The notes beneath the pieces are model-generated. The model had not been told where the DNA came from. It did no database searches and worked only from the letters and a program-made list of their open reading frames with translations. A DNA stretch of 58,555 nucleotides from Ruminococcaceae bacterium UBA2719 (GTDB taxonomy: Bacteria; Bacillota; Clostridia; Oscillospirales; Acutalibacteraceae): contig DEKP01000043.1 in assembly GCA_002353935.1 (NCBI GenBank), positions 1-58,555 on the forward strand, in the 5' to 3' direction. The stretch's first letter is position 1. Every line of letters starts with the position of its first letter. This document shows, piece after piece, positions 42,681 to 55,346 of this stretch. Made by a program: the position numbers and the translations under genes.

Positions 42681-42926
42681 TTAACGATTGTTTTTCTTTA
42701 ATGCTTTTGGATTTTTCTCGGGAACAGGATCGTATCCTCCCTTAGAAAAAGGATTACATCTTAAAATTCTCCATATTCCCATCACAGAACCTTTAAAGGC
42801 TCCAAAGCGTTCTATAGCCTCATATGTGTATTGAGAACAAGTGGGAAAATACTTACACTTAGGCGAAGTGTGCGCTGAAATGTTTTTTTGATAAAACTTA
42901 ATCAACTTTAAAAATATTTTTTTCAT
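42681..42926 (-). CDS. yidD: Membrane protein insertion efficiency factor YidD
   Basis: Conserved [10 protein letters not shown] motif; start at internal ATG 42926 (MKKIF). Confidence 0.8.
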   Translation of the reverse strand: MKKIFLKLIKFYQKNISAHTSPKCKYFPTCSQYTYEAIERFGAFKGSVMGIWRILRCNPFSKGGYDPVPEKNPKALKKNNR

Positions 42927-42931
42927 AAATA

Positions 42932-43276
42932 TTAGATTATTCCTGCCTTTTGCAGGTGAATTCTCATACATTTTTCAATATCGGTACTTTTAACAAACGC
43001 AGTTTTTGTTCTTGCAACAAAAACTAAATCATAATTTCTACAATTATTTTTACTATATATATCATTATATATATTACAAAAAGCCTCTTTAATAATACGT
43101 CTGCACCGATTACGAGAAACTGCTTTGCCTATTTTTTTTGAGGTAGTTATTCCTATTTGAAGGTTATCTGATTTATTTTTTATAACATAAGTAACTAAAA
43201 TATCAGAGACATAATGTTTGCCTCTGTTATATGCCCGTTGAAATTCCCAATTTTTTGTTAAAGTAACAGGTTTCAT
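42932..43276 (-). CDS. rnpA: Ribonuclease P protein component
   Basis: Basic protein with RNR-like motif ([11 protein letters not shown]); start at 43276, preceded by aggtgg. Confidence 0.85.
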   Translation of the reverse strand: MKPVTLTKNWEFQRAYNRGKHYVSDILVTYVIKNKSDNLQIGITTSKKIGKAVSRNRCRRIIKEAFCNIYNDIYSKNNCRNYDLVFVARTKTAFVKSTDIEKCMRIHLQKAGII

Positions 43277-43402
43277 TAAACCACCTACTAAATTAAAAAG
43301 CAATTTGAAATTGCACCCGATTATTCTAAATCAAGCTTATAAATAGCCTGATAATTTGACCTTTTCATAAAAATACATGTCAAAACGGATCAATCTCTAC
43401 AA

Positions 43403-43435
43403 ATTAAAAAATAAAGACCACTGCCTTCAGTGGCC
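43403..43435 (-). terminator. Terminator of rpmH
   Basis: Stem ggccactg / cagtggtc (one GU) with loop aagg, followed by ttatttttt on the minus strand. Confidence 0.55.
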
Positions 43436-43440
43436 TCATT

Positions 43441-43575
43441 TTAGTACGATAACTGCTTTCTTCCTTTTGCTCTTCTTCTGGCCAAAACCTTGCGTCCGTT
43501 AGATGTGGACATTCTCTTTCTGAAGCCGTGCTCTTTTTTTCTGTGTAATTTTTTTGGTTGATACGTTCTAAGCAT
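43441..43575 (-). CDS. rpmH: 50S ribosomal protein L34 (not in the ORF track; 44 aa)
   Basis: Minus-strand translation [44 protein letters not shown]; RBS aaaggaggg before the ATG. Confidence 0.9.
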   Translation of the reverse strand: MLRTYQPKKLHRKKEHGFRKRMSTSNGRKVLARRRAKGRKQLSY

Positions 43576-43931
43576 CAAAAACCCTCCTTTCGGGTATATA
43601 ACCTTGCATTACAGCATTATAACTTAATTTTTAAAGATAGTCAATAAATTTTTTTATTTTTTATATTTTATTTGTTCAATAAAAATGAATGATTAAAAAA
43701 ACTACAATATATAGTGTTTCTCTAATTTTTTAATACAATTTTTTATATCTTAATTTCTATTTTTTTAATCTCATAAATTTACTTATATAAATAATATTGT
43801 AAATAAATACATATATAATGGAAAAATATATTGATTTTTAAGACGTAATTTGGTAAAATATATATTAATATTGGCTTATTATGCGCAAGTATTTTTTTGT
43901 TAATAAATATTATATTTTAGGAGAGGATTTT
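43576..43931. other. Candidate oriC / DNA-unwinding region: rpmH|dnaA spacer at the strand switch, very AT-rich
   Basis: Lies between the divergent rpmH and dnaA genes; strongly AT-rich. No TTATCCACA-like DnaA boxes seen by eye, so its origin function is inferred from position only. Confidence 0.4.
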
Positions 43932-45263
43932 ATGGAGTCTTTTGCTGAAGGCTGGAATATAATTTGTAATTATTTAAAGGATGAAAAAAAGATTGTCAAT
44001 GTTGCTTATAAAACTTGGATTTCAAGAATTGAACCTGTAAATATTGATTTTGAAAAAGGTGAAATTACGCTTTTAGTTCCTAATGACTTTCATAGACAAA
44101 CCTTGATGCGCTGCTATCTTCCTATACTTGAAGAAGCTTATATAGCTGTTTTTGGAACTTCATTTGAAACTATTTTTATCGTTCCTGATGATAATAAATC
44201 TAAAAAACAAGACAAGCTTTTAGGTGACGAAACATCGGCTGATACAGGATATGAATTTACCTTTGACACCTTTATTGTGGGATCATCAAATAAATTTGCT
44301 CATGCAGCGTGTTTAGCTGTTGCACAAAATCCCGCAGGAGCTTATAACCCACTTTTCTTATATGGTAATTCAGGATTGGGTAAAACTCACCTTTTATATG
44401 CTATAGGAAACGATATAAAGAAAAATTCGCCCGAAAAAAATATAATTTACATAAAGGGTGAAGACTTTGCAAATGAAATTATTCAGGCTATTTTGACAAA
44501 CAATACTCAAAAATTCAGAGAAAAATATAGAAAAGCAGATATCTTGCTTGTGGATGACGTTCAGTTTATAGGAGGAAAAGAGAGTACTCAGGAAGAATTT
44601 TTCCATACCTTCGACACTCTATATGACGCTAAAAAACAAATAGTATTGTCTTCTGACCGTCCTCCAAAAGATATTAAAATTTTAACAGACAGACTCAGAA
44701 GTCGTTTTGAAATGGGACTTTTAGCAGATATTCAGCCCCCTGATGTTGAAACTCGTATCGCTATTATAAAACGCAAGGCTGAAATAGTGGATTTATATAT
44801 TCCGGATGACGTATGTGCTTATATTGCAGACAAATTAAAAACAAATATAAGACAACTTGAAGGCGTTGTAAAAAAATTAAAAGCTAAAAATTATTTAACT
44901 AAAGAAACGCCGACAATTAGTTCTGTTAACGAAACTATATCTGAAATTTTGAATAACGACGCTCCACCGGAAGTTACAGTAGATAAAATAGTTGATGAAG
45001 TAGCCAGAACATTTGGAATATCAAGCGATGATATTAAATCTCAAAAGTCACGAAGAGCTAATATCAACAAACCCCGACAAATAGCTATATATATTTCAAG
45101 AGAGCTTACTACTTTATCTATGGAGAGTATAGGTGAAAAATTCGGCGGTAGACACTATTCTACTATCGTATATACGGTTCAACAAGTAGAAAAAAATATA
45201 AAAACAGACTCTAATTTAAGAGAAACCGTAGAAGATATTATAAAAAATATTCGTGACAGATAG
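43932..45263 (+). CDS. dnaA: Chromosomal replication initiator DnaA
   Basis: AAA+ Walker A GNSGLGKTHL; domain IV HTH (…GGRHYSTIVY…). Start at 43932 (MESFAEGW), preceded by aggagagg. Confidence 0.95.
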   Translation: MESFAEGWNIICNYLKDEKKIVNVAYKTWISRIEPVNIDFEKGEITLLVPNDFHRQTLMRCYLPILEEAYIAVFGTSFETIFIVPDDNKSKKQDKLLGDETSADTGYEFTFDTFIVGSSNKFAHAACLAVAQNPAGAYNPLFLYGNSGLGKTHLLYAIGNDIKKNSPEKNIIYIKGEDFANEIIQAILTNNTQKFREKYRKADILLVDDVQFIGGKESTQEEFFHTFDTLYDAKKQIVLSSDRPPKDIKILTDRLRSRFEMGLLADIQPPDVETRIAIIKRKAEIVDLYIPDDVCAYIADKLKTNIRQLEGVVKKLKAKNYLTKETPTISSVNETISEILNNDAPPEVTVDKIVDEVARTFGISSDDIKSQKSRRANINKPRQIAIYISRELTTLSMESIGEKFGGRHYSTIVYTVQQVEKNIKTDSNLRETVEDIIKNIRDR

Positions 45264-45562
45264 CACCTCTTTTTATGATTTGCTTTTATACTTTATATTA
45301 AAAAATTTCTTAAATAACTTTTCGTATAAATCATTTAACATTAACTTAACATTATTTAACATAATGTTGAAAATATTATCAAAATTTGTTGTTGCTACAT
45401 ATTTTTCCATATTTTTTATTAAGAAATATTAAAGAAATATATAGTATTAATGCTGAATTTTTATTGTTTCAACATTTCAACTGCCCCTACTACTACTACT
45501 ATCAATATATAATATTCATATCATTAGATTTAATTTTTTATAAAAAGAAAGGATTTTATAAA

Positions 45563-46663
45563 ATGAAATTTACATGTATCAGAAGCGACTTTTCAAATGC
45601 TGTTTCAAAAGTTAAAAGCGCTACTTCTACAAAGGCGTCGCTTCCTGTTTTAGAAGGCGTTTTAATAAAAGCGTATGATAATAAACTTACTATTTGCGGA
45701 TATGATCTTGAAATCGGTATGATAACTGAAATTGACGCAACTATTCAAAAAGAGGGAGAAATCGTTATTTCAGCAGCAAGATTAGATGAAATTATCAGAA
45801 AATTACCGGAAGAAATAGTGTCTTTTGAAACAGATGAAAGACTTATTACTTATATAAGTTCAGGTAAAACAGATTATAAAATTCCCGGAATTTCTTCAAC
45901 AGATTATCCGGAAATGCCGTCATTTGATGAACTTGAAAAAATTACAGTTAATGCAAAAGTTTTGAAAAGCATGATAAAACAAACTATTTATGCGGTTTCA
46001 ACTAATTTTGCAAAGCCTATTTATACAGGATCGTTGTTTGAATTTGAAAAAAATATATTCAGAATTATAGCTATTGATGGATTTAGAATGGCATTAAGAG
46101 AAGAAAATATAGATTCTGATATTGAAAGTAAATTTGTAGTTCCCGGAAAAGCTCAAAATGAAATTATCAAACTTATAACAGATGAAGAAAAAAATGTTGA
46201 AATAATAATAGGTCAAAGACATATTAATTTTAAGATTGAAAATTTTAGTATAATTTCTCGTTTAATTGAAGGAACATTTATTGATTATAAATCCACTATT
46301 CCGAAAACTGCTCAAACAGAATTTGTTATAAATACAAGATCATTTTATTCATCTGTTGACAGAGTTGCCGTATTAAATGAAAAAATTCAGTCTCCTGTAA
46401 GATGTAACATAACTTCTGATGAGATTAAATTTTCGTGTACAACTTCTTTAGGAAACGTAAAAGATGAAATCTCGGCAAGCGTTATAGGACAAGATGTTGA
46501 AATTGGCTTTAACAGCTCGTATATGTTAGACGCTTTGAAAAATACAGACACTGATGAGGTAAAATTTATATTAAACGGAGGATTGTCTCCAATTATAATA
46601 AAACCTGTAAAAGCAGATAGTTTTACATTTTTAGTAGTTCCAATGAGGTTGAGTGCAAAATAA
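45563..46663 (+). CDS. dnaN: DNA polymerase III beta sliding clamp
   Basis: Three-domain clamp with typical MKFTCIRSDF N-terminus; the ORF-track start at 45386 is a spurious N-terminal extension through the AT-rich spacer. Confidence 0.95.
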   Translation: MKFTCIRSDFSNAVSKVKSATSTKASLPVLEGVLIKAYDNKLTICGYDLEIGMITEIDATIQKEGEIVISAARLDEIIRKLPEEIVSFETDERLITYISSGKTDYKIPGISSTDYPEMPSFDELEKITVNAKVLKSMIKQTIYAVSTNFAKPIYTGSLFEFEKNIFRIIAIDGFRMALREENIDSDIESKFVVPGKAQNEIIKLITDEEKNVEIIIGQRHINFKIENFSIISRLIEGTFIDYKSTIPKTAQTEFVINTRSFYSSVDRVAVLNEKIQSPVRCNITSDEIKFSCTTSLGNVKDEISASVIGQDVEIGFNSSYMLDALKNTDTDEVKFILNGGLSPIIIKPVKADSFTFLVVPMRLSAK

Positions 46664-46877
46664 AATGAGAAAACAAGTTATAAAAATAGATGAAGAATTC
46701 ATAAGACTTGATAATTTATTAAAATTTTCAGGTATTACTGCTACAGGCGGCCAGGCAAAATTTTTGATTCAATCCGAAAAAGTAAAATTAAACGGTGAAA
46801 TTTGCAATATGCGCGGCAAAAAAATATATAAAGGCGATGTTGTAGAATTTGAAGATAATACAGTTGAGGTAAATTAA
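46653..46877 (+). CDS. yaaA: S4-domain RNA-binding protein YaaA
   Basis: Small S4-like protein between dnaN and recF, as in Bacillus; exact start uncertain (46653 or 46665). Confidence 0.75.
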   Translation: MQNKMRKQVIKIDEEFIRLDNLLKFSGITATGGQAKFLIQSEKVKLNGEICNMRGKKIYKGDVVEFEDNTVEVN

Positions 46878-47975
46878 TTGATAGTAAAAGATTTACAATT
46901 TGAAAATTTCAGAAATCTTTCTGATAATCATATTGTACCATGTGAGAACGTTAACGTTATTTACGGAGATAATGCACAGGGAAAAACTAATCTTTTAGAA
47001 GCTATCTGGCTTTTTTGCGGAGGACATTCTTTTAGAGGAGCAAAAGAAAGCGAACTTTTAAAATTTGAAAAAGATTTCTATTCTTTGACTATGAAATTTT
47101 TTTCATATAACAGGGAGCAGACCGCAAATATTAAATTTTTTCAAAATAAAAAGCATATAGAAATAAATAATGTTGAAAGAAATTCTTCATCCTATTTAAC
47201 AGAAGTTTTCTCGGCTGTTGTATTTTCTCCGGAGCATTTGACTTTGATAAAAAGAGGACCAATGTTGAGAAGAAAATTTTTAGATGCAGCTATATCTCAA
47301 CAAAAAATAAGCTATGCTGTTTATCTTTCAAAATACAATCAAATTATAAATCAGAGAAATGCTCTTTTAAAAGATATATATAAGCATAAGGAATTAAAGG
47401 AAACCTTACAAATTTGGGATGATTCACTGGTTTTATACGGAGCTAAAATAATAAAAGAAAGACTCGAATATATTAAAAGATTAAAAATATATGCAAAAAA
47501 ATTTCATTTTGGAATAAGTTTTTCAAAAGAAAATTTAGATCTTAATTATCTTTCAAATGCTCAAATAAATGAAGAAGATGATGAAAGTATCATAAGAGAC
47601 AAGCTTTCAAAAGTATATAAAAAATCCAGATTTGACGACTATCATATCGGATATACAACAGTAGGACCGCACAGAGACGATTTGGATATTAAAATAAATG
47701 ATATTTCAGTAAGGAACTTTGGATCTCAAGGTCAGCAGCGAAGTGCAGTGCTTTCTTTAAAATTGGGAGAAGCTCAGCTGTTAAAAGAGAAAAGAGAAGA
47801 AACTCCGGTTATTTTGCTTGATGATGTTTTGTCGGAGCTTGATTCAAAAAGGCAAGACTTTTTACTTAATAAAGTTGAAGAATATCAGGTTTTTGTTACC
47901 TGCTGTGAAGAATCAAATAAAGAACAGCTTAAAAACGGAAAAATATTTTATATAGAAAATGGTAATGTGCAGTGA
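46878..47975 (+). CDS. recF: DNA replication and repair protein RecF
   Basis: Walker A GDNAQGKTN; SMC-like signature; TTG start. Confidence 0.95.
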   Translation: MIVKDLQFENFRNLSDNHIVPCENVNVIYGDNAQGKTNLLEAIWLFCGGHSFRGAKESELLKFEKDFYSLTMKFFSYNREQTANIKFFQNKKHIEINNVERNSSSYLTEVFSAVVFSPEHLTLIKRGPMLRRKFLDAAISQQKISYAVYLSKYNQIINQRNALLKDIYKHKELKETLQIWDDSLVLYGAKIIKERLEYIKRLKIYAKKFHFGISFSKENLDLNYLSNAQINEEDDESIIRDKLSKVYKKSRFDDYHIGYTTVGPHRDDLDIKINDISVRNFGSQGQQRSAVLSLKLGEAQLLKEKREETPVILLDDVLSELDSKRQDFLLNKVEEYQVFVTCCEESNKEQLKNGKIFYIENGNVQ

Positions 47976-48237
47976 AATATCTTCATTTAGGAAACGATAC
48001 GTCAATAAAAACAAAAAATATTTTAGGAATTTTTGATTTAGAGACAACCACGGTTTCCAAACACACAAAAAATTTTTTATTTAATTGTGAAAAAGAGAAT
48101 ATGATTGTAAATATAAAAGAATATGAACTTCCAAAATCATTTATTGTTTATAATTTTGACGGCGAGTATTCTGTATATATTTCTAATATTTCATCGCAGA
48201 CTTTGGTAAAAAGAATGTCTGCGGGAAAGGATTTATT

Positions 48238-48241
<4 letters not shown>
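47972..48241 (+). CDS. remB: DUF370 protein YaaB/RemB-like (extracellular matrix regulator family)
   Basis: About 89 aa, located between recF and gyrB; its C-terminal segment (DGEYSVYISNISSQTLVKR) fits the DUF370 pattern. Confidence 0.65.
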
Positions 48242-50900
<2,659 letters not shown>

Positions 50901-50974
50901 TTTTTTAATATTTCAAAATTAATCAATAAAAAAGAAACAAAGATAATTGATAAAAAAGTTGTGAGGTGAATCCC

Positions 50975-53548
50975 TTGGATAACGAAAATAACAATATAAA
51001 ATTTAACGAGGGCGAAAATTTTGAAAAAGAATACAGCGATATGATGAATCAAACCGAGTATTCAACAGGAAAAGTAATAGATGTTGATATAAACAGGGAA
51101 ATGAGAAAATCATTTTTAGATTATTCCATGAGCGTTATCGTTTCGCGCGCACTGCCGGATGTCAGGGACGGACTAAAACCTGTTCATCGCCGTATTCTAT
51201 ATACAATGTATGAAAACGGACTGGATCCGTCAAAGCCATATCGTAAATGTGCGGATACTGTCGGAAATGTTTTGGGTAAATATCACCCTCATGGCGACGC
51301 GTCTGTTTATGATGCTATGGTACGTTTGGCGCAGGATTTTTCTATGCGTTATCTATTGGTTGACGGTCACGGTAACTTTGGTTCGGTAGACGGTGATCCG
51401 CCTGCTGCATATCGTTATACAGAATCTAAAATGAGTAAGATAAGCATGGAAATGCTATCTGATATTGACAAAGAAACTGTCGATTTTATGCCAAACTTTG
51501 ACGACCGACTCAAAGAACCAACGGTATTGCCGTCACGTTTTCCGAATCTTCTTGTAAACGGATCGTCGGGTATTGCTGTCGGTATGGCAACAAATGTTCC
51601 GCCTCACAATTTAGGCGAAGTTATTGACGCTATGTGTCTGCTGATAGATAATCCGGACGCAGAGCTTAGCGAAATTATGGAATGTATGCCGGGACCTGAT
51701 TTTCCGACCGGCGGTATAATTATGGGCAGAAGCGGAATAAAAGCAGCCTATGCTACCGGCAGAGGAAAAATTATTGTCAGAGCCAAAACTGAGATTGTTG
51801 AAGCTAAAAACGGCAGATATAAGATTATCGTTACTGAACTGCCCTATGTTGTAAACAAAGCCCGACTGATAGAAAGTATAGCTCAGCTTGTAAAAGACAA
51901 GAGAATCGACGGAATTTCAAATATTGAAGATCATTCCGACAGAAAAGGTATGCATATAGAGATTGATATAAAGCGCGAGGCTTCCGCTCAGGTTGTTTTA
52001 AATCAATTGTTTATGCTTACTCAGCTGCAATCTACTTTCGGCGCGATTATGATAGCTATCGTTAACGGCGAACCAAAGCTTTTGACATTAAAAGAAATGT
52101 TAAAGCATTACATAGATCACCAAGTTGATGTTATTACGCGCAGAACAATTTTTAATTTAAGAAAAGCGCAAGAAAGAGCTCATATTTTAGAGGGTCTTAA
52201 AATTGCTATTGATTTTATTGACGAGGTTATTGCAATAATCAGAAAGTCTAAAGATCAATCTTCTGCAAAAGCTGCGTTGATGGAGCGTTTTTCGCTGGAT
52301 GAACTACAGGCTCAGGCAATTGTTTCTATGAGACTGGGTCAACTTACAGGCATGGAACGCACAAAGATAGAAGATGAAATTGCATTATTGAATCAAAAAA
52401 TCAAAGAATATAATGAAATTATCTCTAGCGACTCTAAAAAATATGAGATAGTAAAAGATGAAGCATTGGCCATAAGAAATAAATATGCCGATCCCCGCAG
52501 AACAGAAATTTGTGCAGTATCGGGCGAGGTTGATATTGAGGATCTTATTCCAAAAGAGGAATGTGTAATTACATTTACGAAATTTGGATATATTAAACGC
52601 CAGAGCGAAGACACCTATAAGCTTCAGCGTCGCGGAGGCAGAGGTATTTCAGGAATGACAAGACGTGACGAAGACGTTGCAACGGTTATGTATATCAGCA
52701 ACTCTCACGACTATAACCTGTTCTTTACAAATACCGGCAGAGTATATCGCTTAAAATGTTATGAAATTCCGGAATCATCAAGACAAAGCAAGGGTATGAA
52801 TATTGCAAACCTTTTACCGATAGCCAGTGATGAAAAGGTTACTTCAATGATAAAGGTAGAGTCTTTTGATGAGGACAAGTACCTTATTATGGTAACAAAG
52901 CAGGGAATAATTAAGAGGATTCAGCTAAATGCTTATAATACTTCAAGAAAAGGCGGCTTGATTGCGCTCGAGCTCAACGAAGGAGACGAGCTCGCATGGG
53001 TAAAACAAACCTCAGGTAACGATGATATCATTATAGCAACCAAAAAAGGAATGGCTATTCGCTTTAAAGAAACCGATGTTCGTGTTATGGGAAGACTGGC
53101 AAGAGGCGTTCATGCTATTAAGCTCAAAGAAAATGACGAAATAGTTGGAATGAGTATTATCGATGAAAATAAATATATACTTACTGTATCGCAAACAGGT
53201 TACGGCAGATTATCAAAACCCTCTGATTATCGTGTTCAGTCGCGTTCAGGTAAGGGCATAATCAATTATCATACGGAGAAATACGGTGAGGTTGCGGCTT
53301 TATCAGTAGTAGATGAAAACGACGATATAATCCTAATATCGGAAAACGGTGTTATTATCCGTATTTTGGCGTCTACTATCCGCTTGTGTTCAAGACCGAG
53401 CAAGGGCGTTACCGTTATGAAAATTAAAGATGACAACAAGGTTGTATCTGTTGCGGCTGTTCCTCATGACGAGGACCAAGAATCAGAAAGCGCTGAAGAG
53501 GCACAAACATCAGAAGAGAACTTAGAAGAGACCACTTCTGAAAATTAA
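50975..53548 (+). CDS. gyrA: DNA gyrase subunit A
   Basis: Active-site Tyr region (AAYRYTE); QRDR (HPHGDAS); acidic C-terminal tail. Start ambiguous (GTG 50966, TTG 50975 or ATG 51041). Confidence 0.95.
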   Translation: MDNENNNIKFNEGENFEKEYSDMMNQTEYSTGKVIDVDINREMRKSFLDYSMSVIVSRALPDVRDGLKPVHRRILYTMYENGLDPSKPYRKCADTVGNVLGKYHPHGDASVYDAMVRLAQDFSMRYLLVDGHGNFGSVDGDPPAAYRYTESKMSKISMEMLSDIDKETVDFMPNFDDRLKEPTVLPSRFPNLLVNGSSGIAVGMATNVPPHNLGEVIDAMCLLIDNPDAELSEIMECMPGPDFPTGGIIMGRSGIKAAYATGRGKIIVRAKTEIVEAKNGRYKIIVTELPYVVNKARLIESIAQLVKDKRIDGISNIEDHSDRKGMHIEIDIKREASAQVVLNQLFMLTQLQSTFGAIMIAIVNGEPKLLTLKEMLKHYIDHQVDVITRRTIFNLRKAQERAHILEGLKIAIDFIDEVIAIIRKSKDQSSAKAALMERFSLDELQAQAIVSMRLGQLTGMERTKIEDEIALLNQKIKEYNEIISSDSKKYEIVKDEALAIRNKYADPRRTEICAVSGEVDIEDLIPKEECVITFTKFGYIKRQSEDTYKLQRRGGRGISGMTRRDEDVATVMYISNSHDYNLFFTNTGRVYRLKCYEIPESSRQSKGMNIANLLPIASDEKVTSMIKVESFDEDKYLIMVTKQGIIKRIQLNAYNTSRKGGLIALELNEGDELAWVKQTSGNDDIIIATKKGMAIRFKETDVRVMGRLARGVHAIKLKENDEIVGMSIIDENKYILTVSQTGYGRLSKPSDYRVQSRSGKGIINYHTEKYGEVAALSVVDENDDIILISENGVIIRILASTIRLCSRPSKGVTVMKIKDDNKVVSVAAVPHDEDQESESAEEAQTSEENLEETTSEN

Positions 53549-53622
53549 AGCAGAAATAATTTGATTTTATTTAATAATGCTTTAAACCGATAATCTTTTA
53601 ATATCCGATATAGGGGGAAAAT

Positions 53623-54654
53623 ATGAAAGAAATTTATATTTTAAGGGTTTTGTCCGGTGTAAGATTTGAAAAATTAAACAAGGTTTTAACAACCGTCAAA
53701 GAAAACTCCGGACACAGCAAGTTTCGTACCTTTTTTGATATTATAGGCTGTACGCTGAAATACGGCGCCGGATATAATGACTATGATATTTTTCACTTTT
53801 ACGAGATAAAAAGAAATTTGAGAAAAACCTATGTCACCCGCGTTATTAATAAAAAAATAATTATGAAGTGCAATAATCAGGCGGTTTCCGACAATCTGCA
53901 TTATAAAAGCAGATTTAACCGTAGCTATGAAAAATACCTGGGCAGAGAATGGTTTGATATGGAAAATAAGGGCCTTGATGATTTTAAAGAATTTGTCAAA
54001 GACAAAGAATATATTTTCTGTAAGCCGGATGGACTGGATTCCGGCAGAGGCATTGAAAAGCTGAAGGTCAGCGACTTTGAGAGCGTTGAAAAGCTTTATG
54101 ATTATTGCAAAGAAAAGAATTTTGGAGTTATAGAAGAACTTGCAAAACAGCACCCTAAAATGGCGACGCTTCATCCCGAATCGGTCAACTGTATTCGTAT
54201 GCAAACCATAGTAGTAGACGGAAAGCCTCATCTTGTATATGCTGCGTGCAAGGCAGGAAACGGCGGTCATTTTGTCGACAATTTGGGCTTTGACGGAATC
54301 AATATTCCTGTTGATAAGGAAACAGGAAAACTCACCGCGATCGGACGCACAGAGCATCGTCAGCTATATAAGGAGCATCCCCGTACAAAGGTAAAATTTG
54401 AGGGCTTTGAGATACCGTATTTTAAAGAAGCGGTTGAGCTTTGTTTTAAGGCAGCGCTTGATACACCTGAGGTTAAATTTGTCGGTTGGGATTGTTATAT
54501 CGGCGAGAACGGTCCTGGAATTATAGAAGCAAACGACTACCCCGACTATTATTTCTGGCAGCTTCCGGAGCTGACACCGGATAGAAAAGGCATTTTGCCG
54601 TATTTTGAAAAACTATTCAATCAAAAAATTACACCTTACAGAAAAATCAAATAA
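53623..54654 (+). CDS. ATP-grasp-like hypothetical protein (sugar-transfer-associated ATP-grasp family candidate)
   Basis: CKPDGLDSGRGI and EANDYP resemble ATP-grasp nucleotide-binding and catalytic segments; 343 aa; RBS aggggg. Confidence 0.4.
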   Translation: MKEIYILRVLSGVRFEKLNKVLTTVKENSGHSKFRTFFDIIGCTLKYGAGYNDYDIFHFYEIKRNLRKTYVTRVINKKIIMKCNNQAVSDNLHYKSRFNRSYEKYLGREWFDMENKGLDDFKEFVKDKEYIFCKPDGLDSGRGIEKLKVSDFESVEKLYDYCKEKNFGVIEELAKQHPKMATLHPESVNCIRMQTIVVDGKPHLVYAACKAGNGGHFVDNLGFDGINIPVDKETGKLTAIGRTEHRQLYKEHPRTKVKFEGFEIPYFKEAVELCFKAALDTPEVKFVGWDCYIGENGPGIIEANDYPDYYFWQLPELTPDRKGILPYFEKLFNQKITPYRKIK

Positions 54655-54665
54655 GAGGATTTATC

Positions 54666-55346
54666 ATGGATAAGAAAAAAGTTACGGTTTTAGTTGCGGG
54701 ACAAAAATTTTCACTTGTTACAACTGAAAGCGAAAAATATGTTATAGATACCGCAGCAAAAATTGATGCAAAAATTAATGCGCTTGTTATCAGTTCAGAT
54801 ATGACCCGAGAAAAGGCTGCAGTGCTCACAGCGCTTGATTTAAGCGACGATAACTCTAAGCTTACGAGCAATTTATCAGATATAAAAGAACAGATAAAAG
54901 ACTATATTGTTGAAATAAATAAGTTAAAAAAAGAAAATAAAGAACTGAAAGCTAAGCTTGCGGTTTTATCTGATCAAAGCGTTGATATATCTAAAAATTC
55001 TACGCAAAAGTTGAAAGATAATTTATCTGCAAAAGAAAAAGAAGAAAAGGAAAATGATGATCTTTTTTTTGGTGAAAGCTCAGCGAACAGCGTTGAAACA
55101 AAGGCAGAGGTAAAGTCGGATAAAAACAGCGCCTCAGTCAGCACAACTGACAAAACAGTTGAAAAAAATGATATAGCATCACTAAAAAATCAGCCGCAGT
55201 CAAATCAAAAAATACAGCAAAAAACTTCTAAAAAGAAACATGAACACGCTCACACAAATCCATATAAAGAGCAGTTTATGAATAAAAAAGAAGATAAAGG
55301 CTATCAGCCGCAGCGCCAGTATTCGCTGTTTGATGATCAGCAATGA
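54666..55346 (+). CDS. zapA: ZapA-like cell division protein with long coiled-coil / K-E-rich C-terminal extension
   Basis: N-terminal about 90 aa match the ZapA pattern (VTVLVAGQKFSL...KAAVLTALDLSDD). The remainder is coiled-coil and low-complexity. Confidence 0.6.
   Translation: MDKKKVTVLVAGQKFSLVTTESEKYVIDTAAKIDAKINALVISSDMTREKAAVLTALDLSDDNSKLTSNLSDIKEQIKDYIVEINKLKKENKELKAKLAVLSDQSVDISKNSTQKLKDNLSAKEKEEKENDDLFFGESSANSVETKAEVKSDKNSASVSTTDKTVEKNDIASLKNQPQSNQKIQQKTSKKKHEHAHTNPYKEQFMNKKEDKGYQPQRQYSLFDDQQ

Noticed and set aside
45386-45562. N-terminal extension of dnaN in the ORF track (MLLLHIFPYF...)
   Set aside because: The extension reads through the AT-rich dnaA|dnaN spacer; the canonical MKFTCIRSDF start with an RBS is at 45563
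53686-54357. 223-aa minus-strand ORF
   Set aside because: Fully antisense to the ATP-grasp-like gene; AT-rich frame artefact with no RBS
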